A stretch of 36,347 nucleotides of DNA from Candidatus Jordarchaeia archaeon (GCA_029856435.1 JAHQXB010000158.1:1-36347); one strand, 5' to 3'. Numbered from the stretch's first letter, positions 9,008 through 17,710 are shown. Numbers and translations: made by a program. Notes: a model not told the origin generated them from the letters alone.

Positions 9008-9479
9008 CACATCCACTACAAACAAAAAACTATGATATCCAAGCTGACTAGAAGTAAAACAACTCTGTAGAAACAAAATTTTTTTGGCAACAATTCACAT
9101 CGCAACTAGTCATAATGTTCCTCTTGCATATACTGATACCGAGAAACAATTCGAATAAAAATGACCTTCAGAAAGCATAGAATTCCAATCTAACCACTTG
9201 TTAGTACCCTCTTTTTAGTATTCTTTCACATTCTCGCGACTTAGCTTTCATACCAACGCTTTCGTATAGAAAAATGATGCTATACAAATACGACAGCGAT
9301 AATCTGTTCTATCTGGGTAGTACTAATGACCTAAGCCCATACCATAATCTTCCACCTTGATGTGGTGTTAAAACTGCTTCTATTTAGAATAAAGCTTGTT
9401 AACTTCCAACAGTTAACGTTAAAGAAAAACCATTAAATCCATCATTCCCTTAAAAACAAACATACACATAACATGTTGT

Positions 9480-9681
9480 GCAGCCAATTCCGGCAAAGCC
9501 CGGAATGTGGGGTTGAAGTTCGAAAAAGCCCAAAAGAGGGCATGGCCACAATTGGGAACATCCTCCCACCGAAAGCAAGGGAGATGTGCCTGCTTCAACC
9601 GTTCCCCAAGCGAGGCCCCCATGAAACCGGTGGAGGAAGACCCAAAGTTACGCGAGGTTAACGCTGGGTCAGAACGGTTGC
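9480..9681 (+). ncRNA. Unidentified ~200-nt structured RNA candidate
   Basis: GC-rich island with many complementary segments: 9488-93/9500-05, 9511-18/9593-600, 9528-31/9538-41, 9558-67/9579-87, 9639-44/9665-70 and end pairing 9480-85/9676-81. G-U pairing and a GCGA tetraloop favour the + strand. Confidence 0.5.
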
Positions 9682-9713
9682 TCTTTGTATAATTTATAGT
9701 TTAAAAAAAGGAT

Positions 9714-9817
9714 TGGTAGCCCGGCGCAGATTCGAATTCCGCGGCCACCAATAGTGTGGTTGCACTGCGGTCAAAGGGTCCAAAGCCCTCTATGCTTGTC
9801 CGCTACACCACCGGGCT
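9714..9817 (-). tRNA. tRNA-Gln(UUG), CCA-encoded, with a 28-nt intron at 53/54
   Basis: Acceptor AGCCCGG/CCGGGCT+ACCA, anticodon arm GAGGG-CTTTGGA-CCCTT, T arm CGCAG|TTCGAAT-CTGCG after intron removal gives 76 nt. Confidence 0.95.
9737..9764 (-). other. Non-canonical tRNA intron (T-arm, 53/54) with BHB motif
   Basis: UGA-CCGC-AG|U...CC-GCGG-AA|U-UCG: 4-bp central helix CCGC/GCGG, two 3-nt bulges, cuts after the 2nd bulge nucleotide reconstitute the T arm. Confidence 0.92.
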
Positions 9818-9925
9818 AGGGGCTTTTTTCTTTTTTTGGGAAGAATTCGTATGTTATGTATACTTTTCGAGTTTTTAACTCTTATCTTTATTGATTTCTA
9901 TTATTATGACAAAATTATGTCAGGC

Positions 9926-10140
9926 TTAATCTTCTTCTATGGTAATTGCTGAATAGTCGCATTGGATTTCGCATGCCCTGCAAACTAGGCACTCGTCTTC
10001 AGATACTACCTTTGCTAAATTTTTTTCAAGTTTGTACACTTCTGCGGGGCAGATTTTTACGCGGTAAGGCTGGTGCCTTATTCCTCTACGCACACCCCAC
10101 AGCCGACGCACTTGTTTTTGTCAACCTTTATTTTCACCAT
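9926..10140 (-). CDS. 2[4Fe-4S] ferredoxin, split: exon1 10140-10086, exon2 10056-9926 (61 aa after splicing)
   Basis: Spliced product MVKIKVDKNKCVGCGVCVEICPAEVYKLEKNLAKVVSEDECLVCRACEIQCDYSAITIEED has two CxxCxxCxxxC motifs. GAGGAG RBS precedes ATG 10140. The unspliced frame stops at codon 21. Confidence 0.9.
10057..10085 (-). other. Candidate BHB (tRNA-type) intron in a protein-coding gene, 29 nt
   Basis: U-GCGU-AG|A-GG-AA-UAAGGC-ACCA-GCCUUA-CC-GCGU-AA|A-A. Removal gives the in-frame junction GTA G|AA ATC TGC CCC (V-E-I-C-P). Confidence 0.85.
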
Positions 10141-10268
10141 TTTCTGGGGCTCCTCATATACTGTTTCATTAACAGTCGGAAGACTTACTGGTTTGTTCTT
10201 TGTTTTAATATACTTTGGCTAAAGTGTTTTGTACTCTCAAAATGGATATTTGAGAATTATTTGCGCCT

Positions 10269-10880
10269 TTATTTTAGATTGAATGGTTTCCCCTCATTCA
10301 GAATCTTCCTTGGAATATTGTTTTTCCATTTTTCTAAAAAGGCCTTATCTTCTTTGGCTTCGCGGAGATCGTCGGGTAGCATGTGGGGTATTGTTTCTAT
10401 TATGGGGTACCATCTGTTGCACTTTTCACAAATCATTAGGCCTTCCTCCACCTCGGCTCGATATAATAGCCAGTTTATCAGGTATATATTTGTGGTGAGT
10501 TCGGGGGTGAGACTTGCTGGGGGCTTTTCCTTTCTAGTTTCCAATGCCTTTTTTACAAGTTGCGCCGAGGAGGTGCCGCTCAGGTCTTCGATAGTAGTTA
10601 ATATGTCTAATTTTTCTGCGAATGTTTTGAGATAGTCTTTAAGCGGTAAAGGTTCCTTAGTCATCTCGTCCTCTATCTTAACAGTAAATCCTGATTCATC
10701 AATTGTGATTCTGTCCTTCAGGGCCTTTTTTAGAAAGAGTAGGTCCTTTTTTTGTATATCCTCGAGAACTTTTTCGAAATTCTCTTTTTGGGTCTCCCAG
10801 CTGAAGATTTTAAGCTTAAGAGGATAACTTTTGCACCCTTCAATGGGGCAAGCCAGAATATCTAACAACCATAGCTTCAT
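10269..10880 (-). CDS. Trm112-like methyltransferase activator with a large internal helical insertion
   Basis: MKLWLLDILACPIEGC at the N-terminus and EGLMICEKCNRWYPIIETIPHML at the C-terminus (split Zn-binding module). Confidence 0.85.
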   Translation of the reverse strand: MKLWLLDILACPIEGCKSYPLKLKIFSWETQKENFEKVLEDIQKKDLLFLKKALKDRITIDESGFTVKIEDEMTKEPLPLKDYLKTFAEKLDILTTIEDLSGTSSAQLVKKALETRKEKPPASLTPELTTNIYLINWLLYRAEVEEGLMICEKCNRWYPIIETIPHMLPDDLREAKEDKAFLEKWKNNIPRKILNEGKPFNLK

Positions 10881-11090
10881 TTTTGAACCTCTTTAGAAAT
10901 TGTTGCCAATTCCTTGTTAGTTTTTAAAATTTCTGCAATATTCCTTTTTATTTGATTCGTCGTTTATCCACTTTTCTGATTAGTGCTAACTTGCCCTAAG
11001 TAGCAGTGGGCATTGTATTTACGATAAGATAATAATTTAATATAAAAAACTTTTGTACAATCCTTCTTTTCTCAACTATTTGTGTTGTGC

Positions 11091-12230
11091 TTAGATCTTT
11101 GTTCTTACTATGCCACTTATTTGGCCTTCAACCCACAGATCTGGCCATATTTTTGACCCAGGTAAAACTACGGTTGAGTCCGCTATTTTGCAGTTGGGTC
11201 CCACGACTGCCAGTTTACCTATCTCTACCCTATTCCCCACCTCACAGTTTTCGGCTATAATGCATTCTTGGAGGTGGGCGTTAGAGGCAATTTTTGAGTT
11301 CTGATACATTACCGCTTTGTCGATTTTGGTTTCCCTTCCTATACTTACTCCCGACTTCACAATTGAACAGGGCTGAATTTGGACGTCTGCTTCTATTGTG
11401 CAATCATTTTCAATAATTACTGGGCCTTGAATTTTTGTGCCTTTCTTTACTACTGTGTTTTCCCCGATATGTACCGGACCGCTTATTTTTCCTTCTATTT
11501 CCGCCGTTTCGCTTATGTATCTCTTTATCTGGTTAACGATCCATTCTGTGGCTTTCATGTATCCTTCGGGTTTACCTACATCTACCCAAAATCCCTCTGC
11601 CTTATAACCGTATATGCGTTTACCCTTCTTCAGCATCAGAGGGAAAAGGTCTTTGCCAAAGTCAAAAGGAGTATTTTCAGGAATGTAATCCAGAATTTCA
11701 GGCTCCAATATGTAGAGCCCTGTACTTGCAAGGTTACTGAAGCATTCGTCCGGTTTTGGCTTTTCAATAAATCTTTTTATTTGATTTTTTCTGTTTAGCT
11801 CTGCTATGCCAAATTGCCAGGGGTTTTCCACCCCGACAAGTGAAATGGTAGCTATGCCGTCTCTCTCCTTATGGAATTTTAAGGCACTTGCCAGACTTAT
11901 CTCTGTAATATTATCTGACTGTATTACTCCAAAGGTTTCATCAAGATATTTTTCAGCGTTTTTAACTGATCCCGCGGTTCCCAGCGGTTCATCTTCCTTA
12001 GGATAATATATTTTTACCCCAAAATCCCGTCCATCCCCCAAATGTTTCTTAATCTTATCCTCCAAATAGTTAGTGGTAATGATAATTTCATCAAAACCCT
12101 GTTTACTAAGATACTCAATTATCCACTCTACAACAGGTTTATCGCAAATAGGTAACATAGTTTTAGGCGTAGTATAAGTTAAGGGCCGCAATCTGGTGCC
12201 ATAGCCTCCAGCTAATACCACTGCCTTCAT
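11091..12230 (-). CDS. NDP-sugar synthase (sugar-phosphate nucleotidyltransferase) with C-terminal left-handed beta-helix
   Basis: LAGGYGTRLRPLT..PK, EPLGTAG, FIEKP, WVDVG and hexapeptide repeats. Confidence 0.9.
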   Translation of the reverse strand: MKAVVLAGGYGTRLRPLTYTTPKTMLPICDKPVVEWIIEYLSKQGFDEIIITTNYLEDKIKKHLGDGRDFGVKIYYPKEDEPLGTAGSVKNAEKYLDETFGVIQSDNITEISLASALKFHKERDGIATISLVGVENPWQFGIAELNRKNQIKRFIEKPKPDECFSNLASTGLYILEPEILDYIPENTPFDFGKDLFPLMLKKGKRIYGYKAEGFWVDVGKPEGYMKATEWIVNQIKRYISETAEIEGKISGPVHIGENTVVKKGTKIQGPVIIENDCTIEADVQIQPCSIVKSGVSIGRETKIDKAVMYQNSKIASNAHLQECIIAENCEVGNRVEIGKLAVVGPNCKIADSTVVLPGSKIWPDLWVEGQISGIVRTKI

Positions 12231-12392
12231 GCTATTACCTCTCCTTTTAACCCAACCCTAGCCTTAACGAAGTGATAAGATTAACTTTTTTTCCTAACTA
12301 GCTCTTTTAATTAAAAGTAACTTCAATCGATTCGAATTCTGTTAGTTAGTTTTAAGACTTTCTCTAATATAAATCTAATGGAATATTTTACG

Positions 12393-12500
12393 GGTGATGT
12401 AGAATTGTTCGTTTTCGCCTCAAAAAGGGGGTGTTTATAGGGCTTCTTTTACGATTTGGAGCCTTATTAGGGAGATGGAATCGAATAAATCTGCATCACC
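12393..12500. mobile_element. 108-bp MITE family A, copy 1 (IS1-like termini), 9-bp TSD TATTTTACG
   Basis: TIR GGTGATGTAGA.../...TCTGCATCACC. TSD at 12384-12392 and 12501-12509. 106/108 identical to the copy at 29470. Confidence 0.9.
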
Positions 12501-13127
12501 TATTTTACGAAACATCTCTCATACTTATTCTGTATCTCCAAACCCAATGGCTTATGTTAGCACTCCTTTATACTTTATTTGCTTTTTTCTGATGGTTTTG
12601 GTGGAGTTATCTTTCTTAATCCTTATTTGCTGGGAGATTCTATGTTTTAAAGGACGAGGAGCGCCAAAAAAATTCTCGGAGGGCTATGACGGGAATTAAC
12701 AATTAAATGGTAAGTAATTGCCGATGAATAAGCTCGATAACTGTATGGACTTTCTAAATCATTGATGTATTTAAAATAATTATTGTTATGAAAAATCTTT
12801 AGGTTTTCATTCTTTATCTAAAACGCTTAAGCGTATGTGGGTTTGCCATGAAAACATTTTTCATGCTTTGTCTAAGAAGCGAAGCTTATGTAGGTTTTCT
12901 ATATTTTAAAAATTGTAAAGTTTAGAGGTTCTAAAAAGACCTTATATGTAGAATTTCTTAAATAATTTCATAAGGTTTAGGTAGGATTAAAGAATGTAAT
13001 TGGAAAAAAATGGAAAATTTAATAATGCAGGAGCTCTCTTTTACCCATGCTATTTAAAAAAGGTTCTAAAGGGCTTCGTGGGCGGTTCATGTACCTTATA
13101 CTGTTTGGAAGCGTTGGTGGTATTTAA

Positions 13128-15305
13128 ATGGTTACAAGTCTCGGAGAAATAAAGGGTATAGGAAAAAAGGTAGAAGAAAAGTTGGTGGAATACTTTGGGT
13201 CTGAGGAGGAGGCGCTCGAAGCGGTTTTGAATGCAAGAATATCCGAGATTGGCGCTATTCCCGGTATCGGTCTTGGTAAAGCATTTCAAATCGTAAAAAA
13301 TGCTTATGAATACGTGGAAGGTGTAACCTCCTCCCAAGTTCTGAAAACTGAGGATATCGAAAAAATTTACAACCACCTGATTGAAATAGCGCAATCCTAT
13401 GCTAGGACTGCGTATGCTAGAAATAAAATGATGCTTTATTGGCCGCTCCCTCCATCTAAGATAGAAAAAATAAAAGCTAACTTGGCCCGTTTTATGGATG
13501 CAAAGGAAATTGTTCAAACTATTGGTAAAGAAAAAATTGATGAGATATCAAATCTCCTTAGCGTCCTTACTCCTCTTAAAAAGGGTGTGGTGAAAAAGAA
13601 GGTAGAAGGCAGAGTAATCCTGACAAAAAGTAATGAGGCTTATGAGGAAATCAGAACACAAAAGGTTGACCGCTACTGTAATACCCTTTTATTAGAACCG
13701 GGTGAAAAGATCGCAGAGTATGCTCAGGGATACGACCTAGTGTTATACATTGCTCATGGCGAAGACTATGATAGTTCGTTTGATTATGTCGAAAACATTT
13801 TCACAATTCCTTCTCAGTGGACTATGAACGATTTGATCCCTGAGCTAACTATTGAGTTTTATTCAACAAACTACAAAGTAATAAACGCAACCTGCGATTT
13901 GGCGAAAATAATCAATACTTTACCAAGTGTAAAGGCCTTAGACGAATTTAAATCGCAGCTAGACATTAAAATTTTGGAAGAGGTAAAAACCCTACTGGGA
14001 CTAATAACTGAAGAGGGGAGTGTGGTTGAGGGTTACAATGCGGAGCTGGACAGATACCGAGCAGCCCTAAAAAAATTTGACACCGCAGTACTTGATACAC
14101 AAACTTGGCTGAACGATGAGATAAGAAGAAGACTGTCTGAAAGCGAGGCAAAACTGGGGGGAGAACAAATAATTAGGATTCTGGAAGCTGCCAGAACGGA
14201 CTCCATCGAAGCAGGAAGTCTAAGAAGCTATCTGCCAAGTGAGGTTACCGACACCATATTGGACTGCATAAGGGAGGCTGAAGATAGATTCTGTAAAATT
14301 CTAAAGCTGTCTGCTAAGGAAATAACTTGGATAGAGGGTATATTTCCTGAAGAAATTTTACTACCCATAGAGCTGAATCGCTCCAAAACAATTGAACTAG
14401 AAAATACTTTACGTAGACAGTACAGAGTCAAGGAATACATAATACTGAAAGAAATCGCCGATAAACTTTCAAAATATGTGGACGCTGTCAGAAAGGCGGT
14501 ACAGGCAGTTCTTGAATTTGACTTATTCTTTGCTGTAGGGTTATTCGCTAAAGATTATGATCTTAATGCTCCCTTAATTCAAACTGAGAACATTGGAATT
14601 GGATTTGAAGGCGGACAGAATGTATTCCTGAAGGAGATGGAATTAAAAGGAAAAGAAAAAGTTATCCCTATAAACTACGTAGTGGGCGATCCGGGCTTAA
14701 AATTTGATAACACTAATGGCGAAAGAATTGTTATGCTATCGGGGGCCAATTCTGGAGGAAAAACCATGACTATTCAACTCATAGCCCAGATTGCCATATT
14801 GGCTCAAATGGGATTCCCTGTTCCGTCTAAGAAGGCGAGTTTAAGCCTGTTTGAAGAACTTTTTTACTTTGGGAAATCCCAAGGAATGGTATCCGCAGGG
14901 GCTTTGGAACAAAATCTTAGAAGATTTGTAGCAATAATAACTAACCCTGCCTCCAAACTTGCCTTGTTTGATGAAGTGGAAGCCATGACCGAGTCAGGAG
15001 CGGCGGCCAAAATTATTGCCGGAATACTTGACATTATGGGTGAGAGTAGGGGGACATGTGCAGTATTCGTTAGCCACCTATCCGAGGAGATTATTAAATT
15101 AACTAAGAACAAAGTTAGGGTAGACGGAATATCCGCAAGGGGACTCGACGAAAACATGAACCTCATTGTAGATAGAACACCCAGATTCAACTACCTTGCT
15201 AAATCAACGCCCGAATTAATCCTCCAAAGATTGTACTCTCTTTCTCAGGGCGAAGAAAAAGAGGTGTTTAGAAGCATTCTGGAAAAATTAGGAGAAGCAA
15301 AATAG
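13128..15305 (+). CDS. MutS-family ATPase with N-terminal helix-hairpin-helix motifs (archaeal MutS5-like)
   Basis: IKGIGKK and IPGIGLG HhH motifs, GANSGGKT Walker A, LFDEVE Walker B, VSHL; no recognisable mismatch-binding or Smr domain. Confidence 0.85.
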   Translation: MVTSLGEIKGIGKKVEEKLVEYFGSEEEALEAVLNARISEIGAIPGIGLGKAFQIVKNAYEYVEGVTSSQVLKTEDIEKIYNHLIEIAQSYARTAYARNKMMLYWPLPPSKIEKIKANLARFMDAKEIVQTIGKEKIDEISNLLSVLTPLKKGVVKKKVEGRVILTKSNEAYEEIRTQKVDRYCNTLLLEPGEKIAEYAQGYDLVLYIAHGEDYDSSFDYVENIFTIPSQWTMNDLIPELTIEFYSTNYKVINATCDLAKIINTLPSVKALDEFKSQLDIKILEEVKTLLGLITEEGSVVEGYNAELDRYRAALKKFDTAVLDTQTWLNDEIRRRLSESEAKLGGEQIIRILEAARTDSIEAGSLRSYLPSEVTDTILDCIREAEDRFCKILKLSAKEITWIEGIFPEEILLPIELNRSKTIELENTLRRQYRVKEYIILKEIADKLSKYVDAVRKAVQAVLEFDLFFAVGLFAKDYDLNAPLIQTENIGIGFEGGQNVFLKEMELKGKEKVIPINYVVGDPGLKFDNTNGERIVMLSGANSGGKTMTIQLIAQIAILAQMGFPVPSKKASLSLFEELFYFGKSQGMVSAGALEQNLRRFVAIITNPASKLALFDEVEAMTESGAAAKIIAGILDIMGESRGTCAVFVSHLSEEIIKLTKNKVRVDGISARGLDENMNLIVDRTPRFNYLAKSTPELILQRLYSLSQGEEKEVFRSILEKLGEAK

Positions 15306-15564
15306 ATGAAAAATTTGGGCAAATTAATACGCTCCCCTAAATCCAAAATTTTTTGATATAGACTTTCCATTTAATTTTTTCCTTTTCGCTTCCAGAGAAT
15401 ATGGTTTTTTCCGCCTTTTTTTGGGGAAAGAAGCCTTAAATAACCCCGGGTTAAGAAGAGGTTTAGGAAATATTAATGAGAAAATCTATAGGGTCGTCCT
15501 AACTTTATTTTTATTTCGAACCAAAAATTTTCAGCAGACATTTATTTAGCTTAGGTTTTTCTTC

Positions 15565-16383
15565 TCACCTAATTTTGATTTGTCTTTCCACTTTAACTTT
15601 ACTTCCCACTTTGATACCCAATTTCTTAGCTGCATTACCCTGATTTATTGATATCTCTAAAAAGTCGTAGCTTCCAATAACGCAAACATAACTCCCAATT
15701 TTAGTGCACCCATATGCCTTTTGGAAGGGGGAATTTATTCTTTTACCGTCAATCCTGATTTTAATATTGGAACCATAAGTTACACCTATCTTTTCTAAAT
15801 CATTTTCGGTTATGTTAGTTATTCCATTACCAAACTGGTCTATGTGTATTATCTCACCCCATATTACTCCTTCTTTGACCATGGTTTTTGGAATACTCCA
15901 ACGAATATAATTTTTAATTTTGGGGCCCACCATTCTAGGTTCAACTCCGTTCGCTAGGTGTGCCGCTACTGGCGAAAAAATGGTCAAACCGTGGAAGGTG
16001 TGTGTTTTCTTTTCAAGCATTAAATCCTCATTCCTAATTTCATAAACACTTCTGACCCTCTCCCTGTCCATAAGGAGCGAAAAGAGGCCGTTATCAGGCC
16101 CGACTGCCAAGTAATTCTCGGTTTCTACAACTATTCCCCTTCTCTCTGTACCAACACCTGGATCGACCACACCCACAAAAATGGTGCCTTTAGGAAAATA
16201 TGGAGCCGCCGAAGCTAGCACAAAAGCACCATGCCTTACATCGAAAAGGGGGATTTCATGACTAATATCAATGATCTGAGCCTCCGGACATATACCCAGT
16301 ATGGTGCCCTTCATGGCTGCTACCGACGACTCCTTCAAACCAAAATCTGTAAGTAATGCTATAATCTTGTGTTTGCCAAGCAT
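15565..16383 (-). CDS. SAM hydroxide adenosyltransferase / chlorinase-fluorinase family (DUF62)
   Basis: LLTDFG, VVDPGVGTERR, GPDNG, TFHG, IDQFGN, LEISINQGNAA. Confidence 0.9.
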   Translation of the reverse strand: MLGKHKIIALLTDFGLKESSVAAMKGTILGICPEAQIIDISHEIPLFDVRHGAFVLASAAPYFPKGTIFVGVVDPGVGTERRGIVVETENYLAVGPDNGLFSLLMDRERVRSVYEIRNEDLMLEKKTHTFHGLTIFSPVAAHLANGVEPRMVGPKIKNYIRWSIPKTMVKEGVIWGEIIHIDQFGNGITNITENDLEKIGVTYGSNIKIRIDGKRINSPFQKAYGCTKIGSYVCVIGSYDFLEISINQGNAAKKLGIKVGSKVKVERQIKIR

Positions 16384-16594
16384 AAGGCATACATCCCAAA
16401 ATCCAAATAAACAAATTTCATAAAAGACTTTTAAATCCTATTTTCTCAAAAATTAAAAAGGGTTTCTAAGCCAAGATAGTATATTTTTTGATGGCGCTCT
16501 GGTTTAGAAAAATTTTCCAAATAGCTTTTTAATGAAATAATATAAAGAAGAATGTGAAGAACCCAACAGTTTCATAGTGACTAGGTAAAGGGTA

Positions 16595-17161
16595 ATGGTA
16601 ATGACTCGTGGACTATTCGTTGGCAGGTTTCAACCGTTTCATTTGGGCCATTTGTATGTTGTGAAAAAACTGTTAGAAAGTGTGGATGAACTAATAATTG
16701 CTATTGGCAGTGCACAGTACAGCCACACGTTCAGGGATCCTTTTAACGCTGGTGAGAGAATCTGGATGATTAGAAGTGCGTTGGACGCGGATTTAGACCC
16801 CAGAAGGTATTATGTGATACCAGTTCCGGATGTTAACGACAACCGCGTCTGGGTAGCCCATGTGGCTTCGTATACTCCCCCTTTCCAAATAGTTTTTTCG
16901 AACAATTCTCTTGTTAAAGTGTTATTCCAGGAGGCGGGATACGATGTTCAGAGCTTACCATTATATAAAAGGGAATTGTACTGTGCTACAGAGATTCGTA
17001 AAAAGATTGTGGCTAACGAGAATTGGGAACACCTTGTCCCGGAAAAGGTGGCCAAAATCATTAAGGAGATAGGGGGAGACAGAAGACTAAGAGAAATTGT
17101 TAAAAAGGACTACAATTACCATGACACTAATAACGACCATAAATTTATTCACCAACTATAG
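16595..17161 (+). CDS. nadM: Nicotinamide-nucleotide adenylyltransferase
   Basis: GRFQPFHLGH (HxGH motif), GSAQYSH, ATEIR. Confidence 0.92.
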   Translation: MVMTRGLFVGRFQPFHLGHLYVVKKLLESVDELIIAIGSAQYSHTFRDPFNAGERIWMIRSALDADLDPRRYYVIPVPDVNDNRVWVAHVASYTPPFQIVFSNNSLVKVLFQEAGYDVQSLPLYKRELYCATEIRKKIVANENWEHLVPEKVAKIIKEIGGDRRLREIVKKDYNYHDTNNDHKFIHQL

Positions 17162-17173
17162 GGACGTAGAGGT

Positions 17174-17710
17174 ATGACGATAATTGCCTCAATACTGAAA
17201 AATAATGGGCTGTACGTCGGGGCGGCTAGGCGAGGAGAAAAATTGGTCGCCACAATGTTCCCGGTTAATGACGAGAAGGTGGCTAAGAAAAAATTAATGA
17301 GCGCCATTCATGATAAGAACGTTGAATTCAGGGACGACCCCACCTGCTTATCGGTTTCCCAAAAAATTTTTCAAATTCTTAGAGGAGAAAAAGTGGAGTT
17401 TAACGAACCCATAGAAATATCACATTTACCTCCTTTCCAAAAAAGAGTTTTAGAGGCAACTAAAGAGATTCCTTGGGGCACGGTAACCACATACGGTAAA
17501 CTCGCAGATAAATTAGGAAATAAAAAGGCAGCTAGAGCCGTGGGAAACGCCCTAGCAACAAATCCCTTACCCCTAATAATAGCATGCCACAGAGTTGTTA
17601 AAAGTAACGGCGAGATTGGAGGATTTGGAGGCGGCCCCAAGCTTAAAAAGAAACTCCTCCAAAATGAGGGCATCAAATTTCAAGGCAATAGAATAGCTCT
17701 AACCCAATGA
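17174..17710 (+). CDS. ogt: O6-alkylguanine-DNA alkyltransferase (MGMT/Ogt)
   Basis: IPWGTVTTYGKLA, ARAVGNAL, NPLPLIIACHRVV (PCHR variant), KKKLLQNEG. Confidence 0.9.
   Translation: MTIIASILKNNGLYVGAARRGEKLVATMFPVNDEKVAKKKLMSAIHDKNVEFRDDPTCLSVSQKIFQILRGEKVEFNEPIEISHLPPFQKRVLEATKEIPWGTVTTYGKLADKLGNKKAARAVGNALATNPLPLIIACHRVVKSNGEIGGFGGGPKLKKKLLQNEGIKFQGNRIALTQ

Noticed and set aside
9008-9470. Possible small genes or C/D sRNA in the gap after the ribophorin-like gene
   Set aside because: Only very short ORFs; the ATGATG word has no matching CTGA box D at a plausible distance.
9480-9681. RNase P RNA, SRP RNA or c-di-AMP riboswitch
   Set aside because: GAGGAAGACCC and CAGAAC resemble RNase P CR-I and CR-V but are in the wrong context with no P4 pairing. 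There is no SRP helix-8 motif, and riboswitch-like words are out of order.
10057-10085. Simple frameshift or pseudogene explanation for the ferredoxin break
   Set aside because: A random indel would not form a BHB whose predicted cut sites precisely restore the frame and the CxxCxxCxxxCP motif. It is not fully excluded without RNA data.
9926-10111. ORF-track 61-aa protein starting MRRLWGVRRGIRHQPYRVK
   Set aside because: Its N-terminus is the wrong frame read through the intron. The real start is ATG 10140, which has an RBS and supplies the first three Cys ligands.
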